Shown: in pieces, positions 46,084 to 64,000 of the stretch
Position numbering within the stretch: position 1 is the stretch's first letter
Layout: the number at the start of each line of letters is the position of its first letter
Source of the DNA: Monocercomonoides exilis PA203
Lineage: Eukaryota; Protista; Preaxostyla
Direction of reading: 5' to 3'
DNA length: 64,000 nt
Assembly (NCBI GenBank): GCA_001643675.2
Contig: LSRY02000029.1
Location: forward strand, 310,001 to 374,000
Notes under the pieces: generated by a model
Told to the model about the DNA's origin: nothing
Seen by the model: the letters and a program-made list of their open reading frames with translations, nothing else
Databases searched by the model: none
Translations under genes and position numbers: made by a program

Positions 46084-48629
46084 TCAATGCCAGCCAGGAG
46101 GTATTTGATTGGAAGAGGGTTGCACTGGGTATGGATAACCTGAAGCAGAAGGATACACTGAAATAATTGTTGTTACCATAATCATATTCATCACATTGAG
46201 AGAAAAGAAAATAATGTTACATCATCAAAACAGAAAGATTAAAAAAAAAAGTTTCTCTTCTCATAAATATTTGTAAAGCATTTGGTATTAAATTGAGTCA
46301 ATTTCTCTATCTATCTATCTATCTCTCTCTCTATCTCTCTCTCTCTCTCTCTCTCTATCTCTTTCTCTATCTCTTTCTCTATCTCTCTCTCTCTCTATCT
46401 CTCTCTATCTCTTTCTCTATCTCTTTCTCTTTCTCTTTCTCTTTCTCTTTCTCTTTCTCTTTCTCTATCTCTTTCTCTTTCTCTTTCTCTATCTCTTTCT
46501 CTTTCTCTTTCTCTTTCTCTTTCTCTTTCTCTTTCTCTTTCTCTATCTCTTTCTCTTTCTCTTTCTCTTTCTCTTTCTCTTTCTCTTTCTCTTTCTCTAT
46601 CTCTTTCTCTTTCTCTTTCTCTATCTCTTTCTCTTTCTCTTTCTCTTTCTCTTTCTCTTTCTCTTTCTCTATCTCTTTCTCTTTCTCTTTCTCTTTCTCT
46701 TTCTCTTTCTCTTTCTCTTTCTCTATCTCCAAATTCATTAAAATTCACCAATATTCATTCTTCACTCACACACCTGAAGGAGGAGCACTCAAATATGGAT
46801 TAACAGGAGCTGAAGTCACAGAAACAGTCAAGAAAGATCCTTTTTTCTTTTCAGGTTCTTTTTTCTTTTTGTCGTCGAGTGAGTCCAAATCAACAAGAGT
46901 GTTTAGAAAATCGTCTGAGGAAGATGAAGGCGAATGTGAAATATCTGTGCCTGAAGAAGAAGAAGATGATGATGATGATGAAATCGTTTGATGTGCAGAA
47001 GAAGAAGAGGAAGAAGAGGAAGAAGAAGCAAGTTGCTCCTGAAAGATTGCAAAAACATCGTTTGTCGATTCTTTCGATTGAATAAACACGTTTTGTGCTG
47101 GTTTTGGGTCAGCAGCAGAAGGAGCAGACGAGACAGCAGGATTGGCAGAATGAGAAGAAGTTAATAAAGAAGAAGAATAAGAAGAAGCCATCGAAACAGA
47201 AGCAGTTTGAGTAGCTGGTTGAGTTTGTTGAGTTTGTTGAGTGGATGGGAAGAAGGGATAACCTGATGGAACACTCTGAGAAGAAGGCAATGCAGAAGAA
47301 GATGCAACAGAAGGAGAGGCAGAAGGCGTTTGAGCAAAGAATGGCACAGCAGCAGTTGTCGAAGCAGGGGCAAAGAAGGAAGGAGCTGTTGCCTGTGCAC
47401 CGCTCGCATTGGGCACAGCAACAACAGGCGCAGATGTCATTGGCCCAAAAGCAAAGGGATCTTCTTGCTGAGCGACTCCAGCTGAAGGTGTGGGCGAAGA
47501 AGAAGTGACTTTTTTGCCACTTGAAATTGAGGCTTTGTTGCTTCGAGACGCTTCGTTTGCCATTCGCCTGTGTTTTTTCTGGAAGGCCTCATAGGAGTTC
47601 TCGTAGGTGATGGCTGTGTCTTCAGGCGGAGGGGCCAATGTCTCTGAATGAGACTCAGTGCGAGTCTTTGATGGCTGTTTATATTCCTTTGCTCGAGATG
47701 AAGATGTTGTAGTTGATGTGGAAGGTGAAAGTATTGGAGAAGGAAGAGGCGACAGAGTCTGTGTGGGCGAGGGAGAAGGAGATGGCGAAGTGGAAGATCT
47801 TGTTTGTGGGTCTTTGCTGCTTCGAGATTTATTAACTCTGGAGTCGTGTGTTATGTCATACCTATTGGGGTCTTCCTGAGCCCGATAACTGCTTTTGGAA
47901 GGAGGTGTATAATAATCGTGAGAAACAGGGCGATATCTCTCCTCATACATATCTCTTGGAGCAGATTGTGCAGTTTGAAATCTTTCCCTTATTCGTCTCG
48001 ATTCCTCTCTCATTTCGTTAACCATATCTTCGCTTTCCAATATTTCAACAAGTGACTTTGCTTTTGTTCGAACTGGGAAAAAATGACTCAAAATAATAAA
48101 TAATAAGCAAATACTATCAAACTTGTTGCACCTCTATCAGTTTGCGTTTCATCAACATAATCAAAATATTGCAGATTTTTCAAGCGAAACTTGTTCGAGC
48201 TAATCTCCTCCACACAGCGTTTATTCCCCATTCTAATCAATGCCTCGATAAGTCCTAGCGTCTGCAAATGTGATTAATATATGTGAATATGTGAACAAAT
48301 ATGTTTTAATATTTTTACGATTTTCTGAGGCGAGACTAACCTTTATAACAATTTTCCAATCTTTAGGTTTCTGGTCCAACCTTTCCCAAGTCTTTGACAT
48401 AATTGTCTCATAATTATGATAATCATATGTGGCATCCGCTATTTGATGGAGAATTTCGGAATCAGCAATTGAAAGATCATTTGAAGTTGCTTCTTTAACT
48501 TTCCTTTCCCATTCAGAGCCAAAGACAGGCAAACTTTTTCTGTTTGAAAATAATATGAGTAATTATCAAATTGCATCACGTGAAGCTTGAAATTACATAC
48601 ATCCCTTTGGCAATTGACGATAAAGTCAT
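46084..48629 (-). CDS. Epsin/epsinR-like ENTH-domain protein; 5 exons
   Basis: SEWERKVKEATSND..LHQIADATYD..IMSKTWERL..DWKIVIK|TLGLIEALIRMG..FDYVDETQTDRGA|IRTKAKSLVEIL..MREESRR forms the ENTH domain. The disordered tail has DPF, LVDLD and NPY motifs. Last exon VYPSASGYPYP..GWH*. Confidence 0.93.
46305..46728. repeat. ~420-bp (TCTTTC)/(TCTATC) microsatellite in the last epsin intron
   Basis: Direct reading; it generates spurious EK/ER/FS ORFs. Confidence 0.97.
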
Positions 48630-48765
48630 ATTTAACAAAAAATTAAATGAAGATCTTTTCAACCTTAATGAAAAATGATTCTTAAATTATTCTTTTCAAT
48701 ATTTGATACATGAAAATGAAGGTGGATTTAAAAAGCTTTAAATATTAACATTAAGTTAATGTGAT

Positions 48766-51551
48766 TCATTTTCCTTCTTGCTTTTCTTTCATTGCCTTTT
48801 CATAAATCTTCACTTGCTTTTCATATAACTTCATAACTGATTTAGCTTGATTTTTGCTAAGCTCTTTTCCTTCGTGATCATGTGTGGGAATTCCTTTTTC
48901 ATCGAATTGTGTATATTTCGGTTTCGATACTTTTGTTCCATCAGTCTCTGTGACTTCAATCATTTCGCTCTTGAACATTTCTTCAGGTTTTATTGATGCT
49001 TGTGCCAGCTTTTTCGCAAGCTTCGCTTTGTTTGCCTCTTCCAAAAGCCTCTTTCGCTCTGCCTTTGCCTCTTCTGCCTTCTTCTTTGCTGCTTCTTCCT
49101 TCGCAAGCTCTTCTGGATCAACAAGCATCCACACAGACGGCTGTCCTTTTGCTCTGTCTTCCAATCTTATTCCGAGTGAAGGAAGAGTTTTGTCGCGAAG
49201 CTCGTCGCACAATTTGAGAAGACTCTGGCTCAAAGACTTTAACATCTCTGGCTCGGTGACTTCGGAACCTTTAGAAAAAATGTGAAGGGAATAATATAAA
49301 AAATAATTACAATTAATATAAATATTAATACATATTTATATAGAAGTTGAAATGAAATCCAATGAATAAGATTTTTAATGCGAATTTATTTCCTGTTAGA
49401 AAAAGAAATTGATGCAAACCTTCAGGCTTTTTGGCCATCGCCTGCTGTGCTTGGCATCTCACCTGGTCGCGGAATTTGCACATTTCTGAGAAGGCATCAG
49501 TGAGTGTCTGCAAAATATGATTGAACGAATTATATAAACAACGAAAAAGGAAAAATAAAAAATGAATGATAAAAGAAGAAGAAAAAGTTTAAAAATCAAT
49601 TCATTTTCAATAAAAAAGAAAGAAAGAATGTTGACATTAAAACCAATTACAAAAAAAATGAAAAAGAAAAAAAAAAAAGAAAGAAAGAAAGAAAGAAAAA
49701 ACTCCCCTCTTTCCTCATTAATTAATAGCACACATTAGCATTCGAGTCATTAGCTCCTGCTGCAGCTGAACTGTCAGAAAACTCAATGCCCATGACACTC
49801 ATAATGAACACCAGATACTCCTTTGCCTCGACCAAATACTTCACAACGACCTCTTCCTCCTCCGCAGTCATTGCAGAAGCAGAAGACGGTGAAGTTGAGG
49901 AAGACGCTGGAGAAGACAGAGAAGAGTCCTCTAATCTCTGTTTTTGTGTGTTTGCTGTGCGGATCATCTCCATCAGCGCCTCCAAAACGTGTGGCGTGTC
50001 GAACGAGTTGCGGAGCGCAGCATCGACAGCTGCTTTCGTCTCTGCCAGCTGCTGCACAAACAACGGCACATTGTCTGATGGTGATGCCTGTGAAGACAAT
50101 GATGATGAAGATGACGATGAAGATGAAGCAGATGAATTGCCAGAAAGAGAGATGATTTCACTTGAAGGAGCAGCAAGTGCATCAGAGGCTGAAGCAGAAA
50201 AGCGGGAGGACGAAGTCTTGGCATCTGCTCCAACTTCCTTCAGCTGCTCTTTCGAGTGCAGTTGGAAGAACTTCATCATGTTTTCAGCTTCCCTCTGGCG
50301 CACTTCTTCGTCTGATTCGGCTGCTTCCTTTTCTTCCGCCTTCGCCTCTTGCGTCTTCTTCTTCCCTGCTCTGTCTCTTTGCATAGAATCCACTTTCCTT
50401 ATGAAGTCCACCATCTTCTTCTCCAGCGCCCTCACATTCGTCAGCACATCCTCTGTGAAGTCGAACGTGTCGCAGAATTTGTGCATCAGAAGCAGCAAGC
50501 GCAACACACGCGGTGACATGATCTCGAGCGCCTGCTTGATGGTTGTGAAGTTCTTCAACGACTTTGACATTTTGCGCCCTCGGATGTTCAGCTGCCCTGA
50601 GTGGAACCAGTAATTCACCCACCTCTGCGGATGATCATGCTGCCCATCTGCCGAAGACGATCCGGCTTTCTTTGCTTCCTGTATCGAAGCATACGTCTGC
50701 GATTGCGCAATCTCGTTGTCGTGATGAGGGAACTTCAGATCTTCGCCTCCTGAGTGAATATCAAAATGATCTCCTAACAAAACATGCGACATTGCAGAGC
50801 ACTCAATGTGCCACCCTGGACGTCCTTCGCCCCATGGAGAAGGCCATGCAGGTTCTCCTGGTTTTTTTGCCTTCCACATAACAAAATCAGTTGCATCCTC
50901 TTTGTCAGCAGACGAAACAGAAGATTGCCAACTTCCTTCTCCTTCGCTAAGCAGCTCAGCTTGCTCGGTTTCAGAAAGCCCAGTTCCTGAATTTAATTCA
51001 GGATACGAAAATTCTCCAGCAAAATGCTTTTGATACTTCTTTGTTCTGAAATACACTGATCCATTGCTTGCATATGCAAATCCATTTTCTATCAACACTG
51101 AAATGTAATCAATGATTGGTTGAACAACTTCTGTTGCTCGAGCAATTTTTGTTGGGGGAAGAACATTCAATGTTTTTAAATCATTGAAAAAATCTGCCTC
51201 ATAAAAGCGAGCCACAGCATACGTGCTGCATCCCAATTCTTTAGCTTTGTTAATAATTTTATCATCAATGTCAGTGACATTTTCGACAAATTCAACATCG
51301 TATTTGAAGTAATTCATCATGATCCTTCGAATAACATCAAGGCCAACATAATTTCTGAAAAAGCAAATGAAATGAAAAATGAAAAATGAAATGATAAAAA
51401 AATTACAAATAAAAAACCTTGCATGTCCAAGATGAGCAGGAGCATAAACAGTTGGCCCACAATTGTACCATTTTATTTTTCCTGGAACAATGGGCTGAAA
51501 CGGAACAACACTTTTGTGTAACGAGCAATTAACTTTAAAAGACTGATCCAT
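48766..51551 (-). CDS. CARS: Cysteinyl-tRNA synthetase (cytosolic type); includes an in-frame 63-nt intron 51417-51355
   Basis: WYNCGPTVY..HLGHAR (HIGH), NVTDIDDKII, GRPGWHIECSAM, DIHSGGEDLKFPHHDNEIAQS, KMSKSLKNF, and eukaryotic C-terminal CDELRD..LGIRLED and FDEKGIPTHD. Confidence 0.98.
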
Positions 51552-51807
51552 CAAAAGAATTTACTAGGATGCAAAAGAACTACTTTCTAATTCCTCGAAT
51601 TAAAGAAGAATAAAGAAAATAAATTATGACAAGTTACCATAATTTAGTTTGAGAGACACAATTAATATTACACTTTCCTTTTTTACTTAAAGACAATTTT
51701 AAAAACAAATAATGAATTAAGTTTTTTCGCATTTAATAAACAGATAATATTTAAATTAAAAATATCCAAAACACATTTAAAAATTCAATAAACAAAAAAA
51801 TTTACTA

Positions 51808-59344
<7,537 letters not shown>

Positions 59345-59391
59345 CTTTTATTGTGGGAAGAAAATTGATCAAAAAAATTTAAAATCATAAA

Positions 59392-62008
59392 TCACAGGAA
59401 AGGATTTTTCTTTGGTAATTGCATTGTGTAAATTTGGTCTTTTGGTTCTGACTGTATAGAAGTTATTAAGTGAGTAAACTCTGCTGGTGATTTTTGAGAA
59501 TTTTGTTGAGAAAAGCTTTCATTGTTTGTCACATATGAAGTCTGTAGATGAGTTGTTGGAAGTGAAGGTCCTTGAATTGGAGGGGGAAGGAGAACAGACT
59601 TTTGTTGGCGAATGTTTCCCTTTGGGCGTGCTGAAAGAGAAAAATGAAACGGTTTTGGTTTTGATGCCTGCCTGGGAGTTGGTGCTTTTTTTATCTGATT
59701 CTTCACTTTATTCAGTTTATCGCTTGTTTTTTCTGTTGATTTTTCATTCAATGGCAGCAAAGATAAGCTTCTTGGCTTCACTTTCCTTAGCAGTTGCTCA
59801 TTAAATGAAGCCTCATTCTCTTTTAAACCATCAACTTCTAATTTTTCTGACTGGTTTTGTGAATTTTCTTCTTTTTTTTCTGTTTCAGAAAAAGCAGAGC
59901 CGATAAAAGCAATAGCTGATTTTGTGATGTGCTCCTTGGTTAAATCTTCATCTGAGTCATCAGAAGACATTTGGCTGTGAAGGATACGCTCTTGTGGAGG
60001 CGATATGACAGCAGAAGAGGAGGAAGGGAAAGAAGAAGAAGAAGTAAATGATGATGATGATGATGAAATAAACGATGGTGAAAGAGAAGGAGATGAAACA
60101 AAAGAAGATGAAGAAGAAGAAAAAGAAGGCTGAAATGTCATTGAAGGCGAGGCAATCCCATTTCCACGTTTTTTGAGTGGAGAAGGAATTGAAGGCAGAG
60201 AACGAAGAGCAGAAGAAGAAGAAGAAGAAGAAGAAGAAGAAGAAGAAGAAGAAGAAGAAGAAGAAGAAATCAAACTTCTGTGTGAATGAGGCGAAAATGG
60301 ATTCATTTCAAAATCTTTTGGTATTTGCGAAGAGAAAGAAATGTCATTTTGAGGAGGAAGAAGAAGAGAATGCGAAGGAATGCTAAGCAGACGAGCAGGG
60401 GTGGGCGGGAGAACAGGAGGAGGAACAAGTCGTTTGACAGGAGAAGAGGCAGGGGTCATAACAGAGGAAGAGGCAGAAAATGAAGGAAAAGATGGGTTAT
60501 TTGTGGGAAAAGAAGAAGAGGAGGAAGAGAAAGAAGAAGAGAAGGAAGAGGAAGAGGAAGAGGAAGATGGAGATAGATGATGTTGAGGTGTTGAAATCTG
60601 AGAGTTTGAAAGTGATGGTGTTGAAGTCAAATGCCGTGAAAGAGTTTTCTGTGTGGAAAGCAAAGTACTTGTTGCTTGTGATAATGAAGAAGGATATGAA
60701 GAAGAAGAAGAAGAAGAAGAAGAAGAAGAAGAATTAGAATTCAATTCAATACTCAGAAAAGGCAAAGAGCGCAGATAGCTAAAAGTGTGTGGATACAGCG
60801 AAGCAGCAGTCGATGGCAGGTCTTCCAAGTTCAGTTCAACAGGCTCAATTAGATCTGCTTTGTGTGAAGGCGAAAACAGAGTTGGAGAGAAGGGAATCTC
60901 CATCAAACGATACAGCTCGTCTCTTTGCGGTGTTTGCGGCTGGTTGATGTCGATTGACTCGATCAGAGGCAAAAGTGACTGGACTGATTGCTCATTGGCT
61001 GCATTAGCCTGCGATTCTTCTTCTTCTTTCAGTTTTTCAATGGATAATGTTGCTTTTGAATCATCTTTCTCAGAATTTCCTCTGTTTGTGTATCTTTCGT
61101 GGCTCCTCCGCCATGCTGACACTGGAGTGTTCAATTGTTCCTTTTCTTCTTTCTCTAAAGTTTTGTTCATATCATCAAACTCTTCATCAAACGTAACATC
61201 TGCCAAATCTTCTATCATTTGCTCCTTATTCTCCTCCTTCTCCTTCTCCTCCTTCTCTTTTTCCTTCTCCTTCTTCTTCTTCTTCTGTTGTTGTTGGTGG
61301 TGGTGGTGGTGGTGCAGCATTTCTCCTCTTCTCCTCCTTATCCTTCTGCACACCTCTTCCTGTTTCTGTGCCACTCTCCTCTGTCTCACCTCACACTCCC
61401 TGCGCCTCCTGTCAAATTCTTCCTCGCTCAGCTGGTCTGTCCACAGCAACACGCTCAACTGCAACACTTCCTCTGCAATCGCCTCTTCCTCTCTCTTCAG
61501 CTGCTGCAGCTTCGTTTGGTCTTCATCGACTTCTTCATTGACTTCTTCATTCACAGCTTCATCTGCGTCTTCTGTTTTTTCAGCCAAGTCAACTTCATTA
61601 AATTGATTGGATTCAGCTTTCTCTTTGAGAGTTGGCTCATCTGCAATCATTCTGTTGCTATCTTCATTTTCATCTTTGCCTTCACTTTCTGTTATTGCAT
61701 CATTTTCACTTCCTTTCAAAGCCAAAGAAACATTTTTCTCTGATAAGAATTCCGGATTCGAGAACCTTCTGTCAATGCGATCTAAATGAGGTATGATTTT
61801 GTTCACAAACGAGTCCAAATGCTGCTTCACTGAAGCATTCAGAATGGAGTGTCTGTTTGAAAGCGACAGCAAGAAATTTCTGGTTGATTCAATCAGAGTT
61901 GTTGGCTGTGGTGTGTTTATGTTCATGTCAGTATCAGAGGAGGGGGAAGAAGAAGAAGAGAAGGAAGTTTGTGGATATTCAGAGGGAAGAGAAGAAGAAG
62001 AAGAAGAA

Positions 62009-62041
<33 letters not shown>

Positions 62042-63978
62042 GTGAATGATGAAAGAGAACGATGAAATGGTGAAATTTGAGTGAATGAGTTGGAAGTGTA
62101 TTGAGCAGAAGGCATTGTTCGTGATGTGGTCAAGTGAAATTGTGAAGGTGACGTGTTTTGAGAAGAAATGAAGCTATTTGTTTGAAGTGGAGAAGTGAAC
62201 TGTGGCATTATTGTTGCATTTGAAGAAGAAGAAGAAAGAAAAGAAGAAGAAGAAGAAGAAGAAGAATACACCAATGACTCAGGCGTTGCTTTTGTTGACA
62301 AAAGAGCAATGAGTGAATGAGGATTGAGTGAATTTGAGTGAAAATGCGAATCTAAGCCACTTCTCTGGCTCATGTGCTGGTTGAGCAATCGTGTCAGCTG
62401 GCAAAGAAGAGAAAACCCACTTCCGGCGCTTCGAAGAAGAGCAGCAATGTTTACAAGATATTTGGGAGAAGGTTGAATATTAGAAGAAAGTGATAATGAT
62501 GAAGAGGAGAAAGAAGAAGATGATGATGTCTCAATCTGTTCACTTTGCTCTTCTTCAATGTCCATCCTTCCGCTTTCTTGTTCTGCATCCATCTGATTCT
62601 GAAATGTCGAATTTTGCATTTTGTTTGTCGTATTTTGTGGAACAAGAACACTCCGAACAACAATCAAAGGATCGATTTCTGAGCGGAGGGTGGAAATGAC
62701 AGGATGTGCGAGAGAGAAGAGAGAATGACGAATTTGTTGTGCTTTTTGTGTTTGCTGTGTTTGCTGTTTTTGCTGTGTTTGCTGAGAAGCTGATGTGAAT
62801 GAACGAAGAGAAGGATTTGACAGTGTTTGTGAGGGAGAAAGAGAAGAAATGAGATTTGTGTTGTGAACAGGTGTTTGAGTGGGGAGTGTGTTTGTGCGAA
62901 GGATTGCAGCGGATGAAGGAGAAAGAGACTGAGGTGGGATGTTCAATTGATTAGATAGAAGTGGATGAAATGATTGAAATGGCTGAAATGATGGATATGT
63001 TTGAAATGCCTGGCCTTGTGTCGATGATTGCAGCAAGAACGTATTCCACGCCAGTTCTGAGGCTGTCGATACTTCCGCTGATCGCACAGCTGCTTTTTGC
63101 TGCGTCTGAAGCAGTGTGTTCACAATCGAGTCGGCTGACAGAAAAGAAGAAGACAGCGGCAGGTTCAGCGCTACGTCCAGCGGATCTTTGTGGCTGATAT
63201 CTGTTTGCTCTTTCTGTGGAGTCTCGTTGGAAGACTTATCCTTCTTGTTGTTGTTGCTAATGTTGTATTGTGCCCCACTCATCGTGTCCACATTCGTCCA
63301 AAAGCGCCTCAAAGAAGCGACTTCGCCCAGACAGCGCTGAAGCATTGGCCCGATGGGGGATGAGAACAAATAGGCAGATGAAGAGAAAGAGGAAGTAAGA
63401 GAAGAGGGGAATGAAGAAACAGGTGGAATGGAAGAGGGTTGTGATGATGGTGGTGATGATGATGATAAAAAAGATGTTGAACGAACCAAAGAAGAAGAAG
63501 AGGACGATGTTTGTTGTGTGGAAGCTGATGAAGTGAAAGTTTGCCCAGCAGAAGATGTTGAAGAAGAAGACGAAGCAAATGCACTTTGAGGGAAGTAATT
63601 CAGCGAGCGCTGTGGGTAATTACGGAGCTGGCGTGAATGAAACAGCGATGTGGATGAAGTGAGTGGCTGATCAGAGGATGTGTCAAAGAATTGATAGATT
63701 GGAGGCGGAGGATGCTCCAGTGACTGTTGCTGCTGCTGTCTCTGTGATTGATTGTGAAGGTGAAAAAATGACTGGTCGTTGAATGAAAAGGAGGTTTCTT
63801 GTTTGGATGCCTCAGACGACGAATGTTGTTTGTACGGCTCCAATTTTGCTTCTTCTGCATTCAAGCAATTCTGTGCAGCCAATCTATCTTCATCGAGCTT
63901 TCGAGACAGCTCTGTCAAATTCTTCGCTCTTTCCATCCATTTTTTCTGAAGTGCTTGCATCTTGGCTAAATGATTCAT
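59392..63978 (-). CDS. Large Ser/Gln-rich, largely disordered hypothetical protein with coiled-coil segments (may extend 5' beyond the window)
   Basis: 1528-aa uninterrupted ORF with poly-Ser tracts like those in neighbouring genes. No domain recognised. Confidence 0.75.
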
Positions 63979-64000
63979 AGTGATTTTTCTTTGAGAAATG

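Noticed and set aside
46293-46991. ORFs encoding FS/EK/ER repeats
   Set aside because: Artefacts of an intronic microsatellite.

Overview
Eukaryotic, AT-rich, intron-rich genomic DNA read with the standard genetic code. The short GT-AG introns, microsatellite-filled long introns, poly-Ser insertions and lineage-specific gene families strongly suggest an oxymonad such as Monocercomonoides (inferred, not database-checked). The two ends of the window hold housekeeping genes: the 5' part of Utp22/NOL6 (missed by the ORF track), Vps16, DBR1, MORN5, a gamma-tubulin complex protein, an epsin/ENTH protein, CysRS, Vps11 and a large Ser-rich unknown ORF. Between them is a ~28-kb accessory block (6.4-34.2 kb). 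It contains a young 297-bp-arm foldback element nested in a decayed Merlin (IS1595/ISXO2-like) transposon, a 1970-aa receptor-like pseudokinase gene, and a complete 6,037-bp hAT transposon with perfect 15-bp TIRs and an 8-bp TSD. It also holds a second, intron-containing Merlin element (8-bp TSD) inserted in a pseudogene, and three paralogs of a 'AYQSAW' gene family. The most interesting observation is that the hAT element carries a captured, decayed copy of the cytoplasmic pseudokinase part of the same receptor family whose intact member it sits 132 bp upstream of. This Pack-hAT-style transduplication could be spreading and shuffling that family.
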